Assembly (NCBI GenBank): GCA_963815455.1
Contig: CAWFGO010000005.1
Location: 224,001-288,000, forward strand
Origin: an uncultured Verrucomicrobiae bacterium
GTDB lineage: Bacteria; Verrucomicrobiota; Verrucomicrobiia; Chthoniobacterales; UBA10450
Length of the DNA: 64,000 nt
Direction: 5' to 3'
Below, piece after piece: positions 55,280 through 64,000 of this stretch (position 1 is the stretch's first letter; each line of letters starts with the position of its first letter). A program made the translations under genes and the position numbers. The notes under the pieces were generated by a model. The model worked only from the letters and a program-made list of their open reading frames with translations. It searched no databases and had not been told where the DNA came from.

Positions 55280-56554
55280 AAGTTTCTAGGAGGAGGAGGA
55301 GGATTTGTCGACCCGGGAAACGTGGGGTCTGCGGTCCCATTCGGCTTTAGTCTGCTTGCCGCAAAATCCTCCGCAGCCACGCCGGCCAAACAATGTTGCC
55401 CTGGGCGACAATTGCGACGGCGTTTGCTGAATCGGTGCCAGAGATGTTGAAGCGCAGGACGCCATCTCCGTCGAGTCCTCCGGGACTGAAAGAGCTGTCG
55501 AGGGCACCGTCGGGTTTTAGGCGTGCGACAGCAAAGTCGTCGCTCGAAACTCCGGCGAGAATGATCTTGCCGTCTGGCTGAATGGCGATTGCGTTAACCG
55601 AATCGTTGCCGGAAATATTGAAGCGTAACACGCCATCTCCGTCGAGTCCTCCGGGACTGAAAGAGCTGTCGAGGGTACCGTCGGGTTTTAGGCGTGCGAC
55701 AGCAAAGTCGTCGCTCGAAACTCCGGCGAGAATGATCTTGCCGTCTGGCTGAATGGCGATTGCGTTAACCGAATCGTTGCCGGAAATATTGAAGCGTAGC
55801 ACGCCATCTCCGTCGAGTCCTCCGGGACTGAAAGAGCTGTCGAGGGTACCGTCGGGTTTTAGGCGTGCGACAGCAAAGTCGTTGCTCGAACCCCCGGCGA
55901 GGATGATCTTGCCGTCCGGCTGAATTGCGACGGCGTTTGCTGAATCGGTGCCAGAGATGTTGAAGCGCAGGACGCCATCTCCATCGAGTTCTCCGGGACT
56001 GAAAGAATTGTCGAGGGTACCGTCGGGATTTAGGCGTGCGACAGCAAAGTCGTTGCTCGAAACCCCGGCGAGGATGATCTTGCCGCCTGGCTGAATGGCA
56101 ATTGCGTTAACCGAATCGTTACCGGAAATATTGAAGCGTAGCACGCCATCTCCGTCGAGTCCTCCGGGGCTGAAAGAGTTGTCGAGGGTACTGTCGGGTT
56201 TTAGGCGTGCGACGGCGAAGTCGTCACTGGAAACGCCGGCTAAGATGATTTTGGCATCGCGCTGAATGGCCAGCGCGTTTGCCGAATCGTTCCGAAATGT
56301 TAAAGCGCAAGATTCCGTCACCGTCCACGCCTCGATGGCTAAATTCTGGGTCGAGGATCCGCCCGCTTGATACCGAATGACTGCAAAGTTATTGCTGGAA
56401 GAGCCCGCAACAACTAACTTACCGTCGGGTTGAACACCAACGCCCTACCAACATCGTTACCTGCAATGTTTGTCCTTTGATTTCCTGCCAATGCGGAGGT
56501 GCCGACGAGAAGGCTTGCTAAAACTAAGCAACGCAACTGTCTCGTCACAGACAT
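55280..56554 (-). CDS. Exported delta-60-repeat (beta-propeller) protein, frameshifted at both ends
   Basis: Signal peptide from ATG 56554; AIQPDGKIILAG..FAVARL..DGTLDSSF repeats; 3' end uncertain. Confidence 0.8.
55420..56275 (-). repeat. 171-bp (57-aa) tandem repeat, 5 near-identical units
   Basis: GCCATCTCC anchor recurs at 55461, 55632, 55803, 55974 and 56145. Confidence 0.95.
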
Positions 56555-56896
56555 GAAGCAACAGTTCCCCCGTTGTGCTCGAAGAGGATAGGAGAAAAAA
56601 AGCGGATAAAGTGTGATACAGCCTTTTTAGTAGATGGATACATTACTGCCAAGAGAATTCGTTCCACCTGGCAGTTATCGGTTAATGGTTAACGGTTATT
56701 CGTCGGCAGATAGGAAGGGTTAGCGTGGGGGTCGTATCGTTTATTCTTGTCCAAGATCCGAAGGCGATCAGTCGTAAGACGGGTTGAGAGTTGAGAGCGT
56801 AAAGCTCCGTTGGAGCCACGCTCCTTTACGGAGTTGAGAGCGAGAGGTCAGCCGCCTTCGTGCAAGACTACGGCGAGCCAAGGAAGTCGGAGACTT

Positions 56897-57142
56897 TTAG
56901 CGAACCTCTATGCCAATCGGGGCTTGGTTGGCAGTCAAAAACGTTTTCACCAGTTCGCCTTCGCCGCAGACGATCATTTCGGGAAAGCGTTTGAACCATT
57001 CCCCGGTCGGAACTTCCGGTTCGCTGTCCAACCATGCTGAAAGCAGTCCGAGCTGCGAAGTTGAAATCTCCCGTTCGCGCACTCGCCTAACGAGGTGCGA
57101 CATTAGCGCGTCAGGAATGCGCTCGCGTCGGATCCGAGGCAT
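56897..57142 (-). CDS. Hypothetical protein (possible toxin of a two-gene module)
   Basis: 81 aa; HL..RVRER.I..WFKRF..VCGEGELVKTFL. Confidence 0.7.
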   Translation of the reverse strand: MPRIRRERIPDALMSHLVRRVREREISTSQLGLLSAWLDSEPEVPTGEWFKRFPEMIVCGEGELVKTFLTANQAPIGIEVR

Positions 57143-57145
57143 CGC

Positions 57146-57358
57146 TTACCGGCCGTAAAAGCCTGCAATAATTTCCTTCTCCAGCCGCTCCGCTTGCGCA
57201 GGATCTTTCGCAGCAACCATCCGATCTGCCAGCGCGACGAGTTTATCAGGCGACAACTGACGTTTGCTCGCTTGCGAACGAAGCAAAGCGCTCAAAACTT
57301 CACCCTTTTCCTTTGATGGCAGGCGCTTGATTTCCTCGATGATTTGCTGCGCGGTCAT
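57146..57358 (-). CDS. Hypothetical protein (possible antitoxin)
   Basis: 70 aa; MTAQQIIEEIKRLP..EK helical N-terminus; 3 bp from the next gene. Confidence 0.7.
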   Translation of the reverse strand: MTAQQIIEEIKRLPSKEKGEVLSALLRSQASKRQLSPDKLVALADRMVAAKDPAQAERLEKEIIAGFYGR

Positions 57359-57497
57359 GCCTTTAATAGACTTCGACTACGTCGGTCGATCAAGAAGGCC
57401 CTTTGCCCGTCAGACCTTTGCGCAACCATTTCCTATTTATGAGATGGGTTCTAAAAGCATAGGAAATGCAGCATCTTCCTCTGCGCCAACTTTCTGA

Positions 57498-58316
57498 TCA
57501 TCGCAGTGCGGCGACCACGTGTGCCTGAATTTTGCCGTCCACTTCGCCCGAACCGAAGCGGGCGGCGATGGCTTCGGTGGCGAGATCGGTGGCTTCGGCG
57601 AGGCGCGATGCATCACGCGCTTCGATTTCACCGCGCAGCGGCGTTCCCTGACAGTAGGCGATCGCCGGCAGCCGCGGCGACTCTGCCCGGCTGCGCATGG
57701 CAAGCGTCGAGATCGTTGGTTGTTCGTTGAAGCCGGCGGCGGCGAGGTCGGCCACTACATTTTGCAATTGATGATAGCCGTGCGGAGTCCGCGCCAGGAA
57801 ACGCGGCGGATCATGCGGGAACATGCCGGCAAGTGTTTGCGTCACGACATCGGCGAATTCGTTCTCTTCGATGCGGTCCCATACGTTGAACAGGAATGTC
57901 CCGCCAGGGCGCAGCACCCGCCGCACGTCTGAGAACGCTGCCGGCTTCTGCGGAAAAAACATGGCGCCGAACTGGCACACGACGATGTCGAACATTCCAT
58001 CGTCGAAAGGCAACTGCATCGCATCCGCCTGGCGCCATTCCACCGGGCGGGCCGTGCCAGCAGCGGCAGCCTGTGTCAGCATCGGCTCGTTCAAGTCGGT
58101 GGCGGTAATCTGCACGTCGGGCGCGAGTCTCTTGGCCAGCTCGCGAGTCACCACGCCTGTGCCAGCTGCAATCTCGAGCACCGCTGACGGCTGGCGTTGA
58201 GCTACTCGACCCGCCATGTCCGCCGCATACGGCTGGAAAATCAGCGGCACCAAATACTGTTCGTATAGCTGCGGAATCGATCCGCTGAATAGCTTATCAG
58301 TATCGTCGGCCATCAC
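57498..58316 (-). CDS. Class I SAM-dependent methyltransferase
   Basis: VLEIAAGTG, TDLN, ADAMQLPF, CQFGAMFF, LRPGG. Confidence 0.93.
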   Translation of the reverse strand: MMADDTDKLFSGSIPQLYEQYLVPLIFQPYAADMAGRVAQRQPSAVLEIAAGTGVVTRELAKRLAPDVQITATDLNEPMLTQAAAAGTARPVEWRQADAMQLPFDDGMFDIVVCQFGAMFFPQKPAAFSDVRRVLRPGGTFLFNVWDRIEENEFADVVTQTLAGMFPHDPPRFLARTPHGYHQLQNVVADLAAAGFNEQPTISTLAMRSRAESPRLPAIAYCQGTPLRGEIEARDASRLAEATDLATEAIAARFGSGEVDGKIQAHVVAALR

Positions 58317-59230
58317 TCATCTCTTTGGTTTCGTCTTCTTCACCGCGGACTTCCGGGCGCCCTTCTTGGCGACCCAACCCAGCCTTCGCACAAGGCTACT
58401 CCGAAAGTTTTCGCGAGCGGGCGGCGTGGCAAGCTGACAATCGGGTCGCGTTGTCGAATCGGGAGCGTTCAGTGGGCTCATGGGTGCGGGCACCGGCACG
58501 GTTGCGTCAAGCAGGCCGATGCGCTTGTTAACCCAATGCGTCTGATAGGCCCAGGCGGGCAGCGGCGCGGCCTTCGTCGTGCATGACCAGTTGTTGAAGT
58601 GGAGGTTTACCAGATAAAAATGCCGCCTCAGTTTCCGCAATACTTCGACAATTTTCGGATCGTCGTATCCGTGCATCTCCATCGAGATTTGGGGAATCGA
58701 CGCCAGCAGTTCGTCCGGCGTCGCGAGAAGGGCGTCCCATTCTGCGCCTTCGATGTCCATTTTGATGATCACGCGTTGGCCGATCCGTCCGTTTTTTCGG
58801 AGCTGGTTTTCCAATGTATCAAAGAGGCGGGAATCTTTGGAACCGGTTCGATCTCCCACGCATTCATTATGAAACACCATGGTGCCGCCGTCGCAGAGTG
58901 GGCGTGCGGGATCAAAACAATCGTACCATGGACCGGCACGTGATACCGGCGTGACACCTCGCAGCCCCAGTCATCGTTACTGCCAACGCCGTAGGAATAG
59001 GCCGCATCGATCGGCTCGATCAGGTTCTCGCACATCAGGTATCCGCCATCGTTGGCGCTGCCGAAGCGTTTCAGGGTACAGTTTTTTAATGCCACCGGTT
59101 GAAGCTCGGCCAGAATGGTTTCGCGCAGCCTGCGCCCTCGCGCTTCGCGCACGAGATCGCCCACGATGACAGCGCCGCCGAGCGCGAGAGCAACAATGAC
59201 AAAGGCGAGGCGAATCGAGGGTTGGTTCAA
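58317..59230 (-). CDS. FkbM/Methyltransf_22-like protein (frameshift near 58910)
   Basis: RFGSANDGGY, YSYGV, IKMDIEGAEW, EMH, HFNN. Confidence 0.75.
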
Positions 59231-59390
59231 GGAAGTTGAGACGTTGAGTTGTTGAGAAGTTGAGTCGGCGAGCAGTTGCCCGACCTCGGTGGCCGAACGT
59301 CCGTGTCGATGAAGACCTGCGGAAGAGGCAAATCAGAGCAGAGCTTACTATCGACAGTCTGAAGCATTACTGATTACCGAACTCGGTTGT

Positions 59391-60122
59391 TTAGAAGTGC
59401 GCGCCCACGTACTCCCACATCTGATGATGCCAGTAGGGCCAGTCGTGTCCGCCCTCCGGACCCCAATCATCCAGATGATGCGGGATGCCGCGGGCGGCGA
59501 GAACCTCGGACATGCGGTAGGTCGGGCCGCTGTTCTCCCACGGACCGCAGCCGGTGACGAGGTGGATATCGCAACTGGCATATTGCTGGAGAAACCAGGG
59601 GTCGTGCTGGTTGGACATATAGTCGACCGGATTATTGAAGTAGAAGTTGTCGTCGTACATGCCGTCCATGGAATCGCGCAGGTCGTAAATGCCTGAGAGC
59701 GCGTAGCAGCGCTTCACGTGGTCAGGATGTTTGAAGAGGGTGTTGGCCGCATGGTAAGCGCCGAGCGATGCGCCTAGCGTGCTAATCGCAATGCCCGGCG
59801 TCTGGCACTGGGAATCGATGAAGGGGAAGACTTCGCTAGCCACGTAGTCGTCGTATTGCGCCTGCATCCAGCTGCGATGGAATGGATGCGCCCCCTTGTT
59901 TGCGAACGAATCGCTTTGCACGCCGTTGATGCAGAAGATTCGGATTCGACCCTGGTCGATGTAGGGACTGAGAGTGCCGATCATTCCCTGACCTTCCTGT
60001 TCCCATTCGTCGCCCATGCTGGTCGGGAATGCGAGGATCGGCAGGCCATAATTGCCGTACACGGCAACGCCCATGTCGCGGTTAAGACGATGTGAGTACC
60101 AACTGTGATGGTCGCGGTGCAT
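59391..60122 (-). CDS. Putative esterase (alpha/beta hydrolase)
   Basis: FPTSMG, GASLGAYHA nucleophile elbow, HDWPYW. Confidence 0.9.
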   Translation of the reverse strand: MHRDHHSWYSHRLNRDMGVAVYGNYGLPILAFPTSMGDEWEQEGQGMIGTLSPYIDQGRIRIFCINGVQSDSFANKGAHPFHRSWMQAQYDDYVASEVFPFIDSQCQTPGIAISTLGASLGAYHAANTLFKHPDHVKRCYALSGIYDLRDSMDGMYDDNFYFNNPVDYMSNQHDPWFLQQYASCDIHLVTGCGPWENSGPTYRMSEVLAARGIPHHLDDWGPEGGHDWPYWHHQMWEYVGAHF

Positions 60123-60246
60123 GCCTTGCGAGGATACCGGGACGACGGCCAGGTTCAAGCTGTTGACGGCTGTTAGAAATGCTGGAATCCCGCTCAGGAC
60201 AGGCCGCGTCGAGACATCTTTTACTGTCAAAAAATTCTTGAAAAGA

Positions 60247-60308
60247 GAGATTCCTCCAGACCTTCGCACAAGGCTACGGCTTGGCAGGCGACTCCGCTCG
60301 GAATGACA
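60247..60308. repeat. GTCAT-family arm with nested 33-nt element
   Basis: GAGATTCCTC[CAGACCTTCGCACAAGGCTACGGCTTGGCAGGC]GACTCCGCTCGGAATGACA. Confidence 0.8.
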
Positions 60309-60420
60309 ATCGAGGAAATCATTGTCCAAGAACTGAAGGCGCAGGGGTAAACCGCGGGGCAAGAGAGGAGGACACACTGCGTTTGCGCGCTTTGGCTGGA
60401 AGAGGATCATATAGCGTCGG

Positions 60421-61125
60421 ATGAAGACGAACATCTTGCTATTGGCAGTCGTTTGCCTGGCCAGCCTGGGTTTTGGGCAAGGCAAGGCAAAAACGCCGGA
60501 ACAATCTGTCGCGGGTGTTCCGAAAGAATACGTAGTGGGAGTAGAAAGCCTTTCGCCTAACGCACGGTTCGCGATTTTGTATCCGGTTCGCGAGCAGGGC
60601 AACGACGCCGAGTTGCCGCCGAACCTGTTGGTCTGCCTCAATCCTTACGCCGTGGTGACCAGAGTCGGCGATGATTACGGCCGGGTGGCGGGCGAGCGCG
60701 GTCAACCGCTGGCGAAATGGAACGGGAATTCGATGGTCGCGATCTGGACCGACCGGAAATGGGGAATGACCGACCTGTCGATCATCGAGATTGAAGCCGA
60801 TCGGATCAAACGGGTCCATCCGATCTGGCGTCACGTGCGTTTGCTCTTCGATAAGGATTTTCGCGAGCGTTTTTTGAAGAAGTATCCTGACGAAAAAGGG
60901 TCCGGGGTCATTTTCGTTTCCCAATACCAGGGGACGGAGCGGAAACCCGAGTTCGAATTCAAGGGCCGCAAAGTATTGCTGGATCTTTTTGCCGATAACA
61001 AACCCAATCTTTCTTCGGGGCCACATTGGACGGCATCGCTGCACGCTGCCTGGAATCTCGACACCGGCGAATTGGAGAAAGTGAAATTTCAGCCGGGACC
61101 GATCGAGATCCGGCCGGAAGAGTAA
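60421..61125 (+). CDS. Exported hypothetical protein
   Basis: Signal peptide; 234-aa ORF. Confidence 0.75.
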   Translation: MKTNILLLAVVCLASLGFGQGKAKTPEQSVAGVPKEYVVGVESLSPNARFAILYPVREQGNDAELPPNLLVCLNPYAVVTRVGDDYGRVAGERGQPLAKWNGNSMVAIWTDRKWGMTDLSIIEIEADRIKRVHPIWRHVRLLFDKDFRERFLKKYPDEKGSGVIFVSQYQGTERKPEFEFKGRKVLLDLFADNKPNLSSGPHWTASLHAAWNLDTGELEKVKFQPGPIEIRPEE

Positions 61126-61150
61126 CGTAGAAAACGCTAAAAAAATATCC

Positions 61151-61960
61151 TCACTTGTGACAATGCGGACAGGAGACGGATTCCACGTAGCGGGGGTCTT
61201 TCTGTTCGAGCGCGGTAAGTGGGGTCTGACAGACGAAGCAGAGCGCGGCTCCGGTCTCGCGCAGGGAGGGATCGAGCGCGACGCGTTTGTCGAACACGAA
61301 GCAGTCGCCTTCGAAATGTTCGCCGCCGCATTCCTCAAAGTAGCGGAGGATACCGCCATCGAGCTGGAAGACCTGGGCGAATCCGGCGGCCTGCAAAAGA
61401 GGCGCTGCTTTCTCGCAACGAATGCCACCGGTGCAAAAGGTCACGACCGGTTCGTCTTTCAGATGACTGGGCAGGGACGCAGCCGCCATTGGGAAATCGC
61501 GGAAATGATCGAGGCCTAACGTGCGGGCGCCCCGGAAGGTGCCGAGCTTGACTTCGTAGGCGTTGCGGGCGTCGAGAAGGGTGACGGATCGGCCTTGGTC
61601 GAGCCATTCCTTTAATTTTGTTGGCGAAACCTTTGGGGCGGGGCAACGCCCGGGGTCGATTCCATCGACACCAAAAGGGATGATTTCTTTTTTTATCTTC
61701 ACCAGCATTCGGTTGAACGGCTGATGATCGCTCTTGCTGATTTTTGTGGTGAGATCAGCGAGAGCGGGGATGGTCCGAAGATAATTGAGGAGCGCATGGG
61801 CGGCGTCGGGTTCGGCCGACACGACGAGATTGATTCCTTCCGGGCTGAGCAGGATCGTGCCGCGCATTCCCTTGCACATCGTGCGCAGGGCGGCCTGGAG
61901 AGCATTCAGATCGCCTAACGGAGCAAATTTATAAGCCGAAATGTTGGTGAAGACCGGCAT
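61151..61960 (-). CDS. Rhodanese-related sulfurtransferase (TrhO/YceA family)
   Basis: GTILLSPEGIN, LDARNAYE..GTF, FCTGGIRCEKA, CFVFDKRV. Confidence 0.9.
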   Translation of the reverse strand: MPVFTNISAYKFAPLGDLNALQAALRTMCKGMRGTILLSPEGINLVVSAEPDAAHALLNYLRTIPALADLTTKISKSDHQPFNRMLVKIKKEIIPFGVDGIDPGRCPAPKVSPTKLKEWLDQGRSVTLLDARNAYEVKLGTFRGARTLGLDHFRDFPMAAASLPSHLKDEPVVTFCTGGIRCEKAAPLLQAAGFAQVFQLDGGILRYFEECGGEHFEGDCFVFDKRVALDPSLRETGAALCFVCQTPLTALEQKDPRYVESVSCPHCHK

Positions 61961-62056
61961 GAGGGGAAGGTAAGAAGTGAGAAGTTGGAATTAGGAAGTA
62001 TGGCGCAGAATGAAGAAAGTATGAAGCATGAACGAAGTAAGAGCTGAGGGCGCGGC

Positions 62057-62848
62057 CTAGTTTAGCAGTTCGATCGAGTCGCCTTTGCGAATCGTGCCTT
62101 CGGCGAGCACGGCGGCGTAGATGCCGGCCTTGCCTTCGTGGGCTTGGGCGACGGCTTTCAAGATAGCCGGCGTTTTTTCCGCGGTGTCGGGGTCGAGCGT
62201 GATCATCATGCAACGCCCGTCGCGCGCGCGGATCGATACAACGACCTTCAATCCGATGCGGAGAGTTTTGCCGACAAACTGATCTTCGGCGAAGCCCTCA
62301 GCGTTCGTAAGATCGACATAGACGTTGGCGCGGAACCGTCGTTTATCGACGACGACGCCGGATTCCTGGCCGAGTTTCGTTGCGGTTTGCACGGACAAGA
62401 TCGACAGCGGAAGACAATCGGTCATGGCCTTGTCCGAGCGAAGCAAGGTGAGATCGTGTTTGCCTTCGAGACCGGCGCGAAGTGCTTCGATCAACGCCGG
62501 ATCATCTATCGTGAACGTTTTTCCATCCGGCGCCTCCACGTCCACCATCAGGTCTGCGGCATTGGCCGAGACCGGATTGATCAGGGGCGACAAAGTTGCC
62601 GCTTCGGCCTGATTAATCGGTCGAGCCGCTTTCCCGGGGTCGCGAAACCGCGCACGGTAACGAATCATATGGCGTTGATCGCGTGCGGTGAGAAAGGGAA
62701 AGCCCTTTGCATTGGCCGAACTCTGGAACGCGAAAAGGCGATCGCCATAAACGCCAGCGTAGCCGGCGAACAGTTCGTCCAGCTCTTCGCCGCGCATGCT
62801 CTTGACCGGATACCGCCAAAGGCTTTCTACTGTTCCGACGACGCTCAC
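62057..62848 (-). CDS. MOSC domain protein
   Basis: LWRYPVKSMRGE, GDR, RRFRAN, RCMMIT. Confidence 0.92.
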   Translation of the reverse strand: MSVVGTVESLWRYPVKSMRGEELDELFAGYAGVYGDRLFAFQSSANAKGFPFLTARDQRHMIRYRARFRDPGKAARPINQAEAATLSPLINPVSANAADLMVDVEAPDGKTFTIDDPALIEALRAGLEGKHDLTLLRSDKAMTDCLPLSILSVQTATKLGQESGVVVDKRRFRANVYVDLTNAEGFAEDQFVGKTLRIGLKVVVSIRARDGRCMMITLDPDTAEKTPAILKAVAQAHEGKAGIYAAVLAEGTIRKGDSIELLN

Positions 62849-63031
62849 GAGGCAAAGTAGAAAGGAGAAAGTAGGAATTAGAAAGTAGGAAGTCGCTGGG
62901 GCCCCAATGTTGTTGACTCCTGATGCCCGGGCCTTAGCGTCGTTCTAGATGCGAAGCCAAAGGCTTCGTGGTTCGCCCGGACAGGATGCCCGGTTTTGGG
63001 ACGAGCCTTTACCTCAACAAGAAAGTTCATC

Positions 63032-63754
63032 ATGAAAATAATGCTTCCGATTCTCATCGCCGTCTTCGGCCTCACTTCCTCTTCGTGGGCGCAAAGCCCG
63101 TCGCCAGCCGGCGACGCGACAAAGGCCGCTGCACGCACCGACATTTATCACGTCCACTTTGCCAAAGCCGCGCTCGGCAAGGCTGCCGAGCTGGGGGACG
63201 TCTTAAAGAAACAGGACCCGGATGCGCCGATGCCCGGCCATTATATTGTGTTGCGCCACCAGGATGGAGATGCCTGGGATTATTGTGTGATCGAACATCT
63301 CGGCACTAAAGCGACTGTCGAAGCATCGAGAAAAGCGCCACCGGCGAGTCAGATGGCACTGGGCGATTGGCATACCGATACATTCGTCAGCGGTCCATCG
63401 TGGGCGACGTTCGCCAAGGCACTGGGCTTGGATGACGCAGCCAAGACCACAGCTTCCGCCTATTCGGTCTCGGTGTATCGTCCGGCACCGGGCGAACGCG
63501 AAGCGCTCGACAAGTTTTTGAACGAGCCGCCCGATCGCGCGATGGACACCTCCGCGGGGAACGTCGTCCTGCAACATATGGAAGGGGCGGCGTGGACCTT
63601 TGCCGCGATCTCGCGTTACAATTCGTGGAGCGATTTTGCCAAGAACGAAGTGAATTTTGTCGGGCAGATGTCGAAGAAGGACGCCGGCTGGTTTAAGCTG
63701 CGCAGCCTGGTGTCGTATCATACCGACACGCTGTGCGACCGAATGGCGCCCTAA
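63032..63754 (+). CDS. Exported hypothetical protein with two similar halves
   Basis: Signal peptide; VLRHQDGDAWDY..WHTDT and VLQHMEGAAWTF..YHTDT. Confidence 0.75.
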   Translation: MKIMLPILIAVFGLTSSSWAQSPSPAGDATKAAARTDIYHVHFAKAALGKAAELGDVLKKQDPDAPMPGHYIVLRHQDGDAWDYCVIEHLGTKATVEASRKAPPASQMALGDWHTDTFVSGPSWATFAKALGLDDAAKTTASAYSVSVYRPAPGEREALDKFLNEPPDRAMDTSAGNVVLQHMEGAAWTFAAISRYNSWSDFAKNEVNFVGQMSKKDAGWFKLRSLVSYHTDTLCDRMAP

Positions 63755-63815
63755 CAAGGCAAGCTTTTACATAGCGAGTGGAGGGGATTGCGGCTTATCT
63801 GTGCGATAAGTCTTT

Positions 63816-64000
63816 ATGCCGGATCGCACCTACGAGTTTGTTCAGCTCGACGTCTTTACCCAGACGCCGTTGACGGGCAATGCGCTCGCCGTTTTCACCG
63901 ATGCGCGCGGACTGGATGATGGGGAAATGCAGGCGCTGGCGCGGGAGATGAATCTGTCGGAGACGACTTTCATTCTGCCGCGCGATCCCGCCATTGAAGC
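63816..64000 (+). CDS. PhzF family epimerase (3'-truncated by the window)
   Basis: [32 protein letters not shown]. Confidence 0.9.
   Translation, partial: MPDRTYEFVQLDVFTQTPLTGNALAVFTDARGLDDGEMQALAREMNLSETTFILPRDPAIE

Noticed and set aside
55420..56275. 171-bp repeats as CRISPR or a non-coding array
   Set aside because: Units are contiguous, in frame and encode delta-60 protein repeats
57431..57454. TATTTATGAGATGGGTTCTAA as an IS end
   Set aside because: It resembles an IS terminus from memory, but there is no partner end or transposase in the window
60123..60641. N-terminal extension of the esterase ORF (416 aa)
   Set aside because: It runs through repeats and antisense to the next gene; esterase similarity starts at 60122

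Overview
A GC-rich bacterial chromosomal segment, probably from a soil Verrucomicrobiota (Chthoniobacterales-like) genome; this is inferred from protein style and gene order, not from any search. The housekeeping genes are tig-clpP-clpX-cinA, nadD-rsfS, nagZ, ald, rnpA-yidD-yidC-jag, tamB-Omp85, a SurA/PpiD-like gene, an M13 peptidase and a TPP riboswitch with thiC. Many genes carry single-base frameshifts, often at homopolymers, which look like long-read errors. The main accessory locus is a polymorphic RHS toxin locus (about 21.8-30.7 kb). It holds a signal-peptide RHS protein, an orphan RHS module, two different JAB-like C-terminal domains, two candidate exported immunity genes, an IS3 element and a lone IS3 end. 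A second patchwork region lies at about 49-59 kb. The most unusual signal is a layered set of tiny repeats: GTAG/GTCAT palindromes, a 31-41 nt element always found nested in other repeats, a 23-nt element found twice at GCWAC^GGCG, and 7/8/9-mer tracts. These insert into each other and into coding sequences (thiC, a phosphorylase, a zeta-like ATPase, the RHS core). I also see a candidate ~120-nt sRNA with its own promoter and terminator, a consensus sigma-54 promoter, a possible ATA start for rsfS and a candidate uncharacterised toxin-antitoxin pair. All calls were made by eye; no databases were searched.
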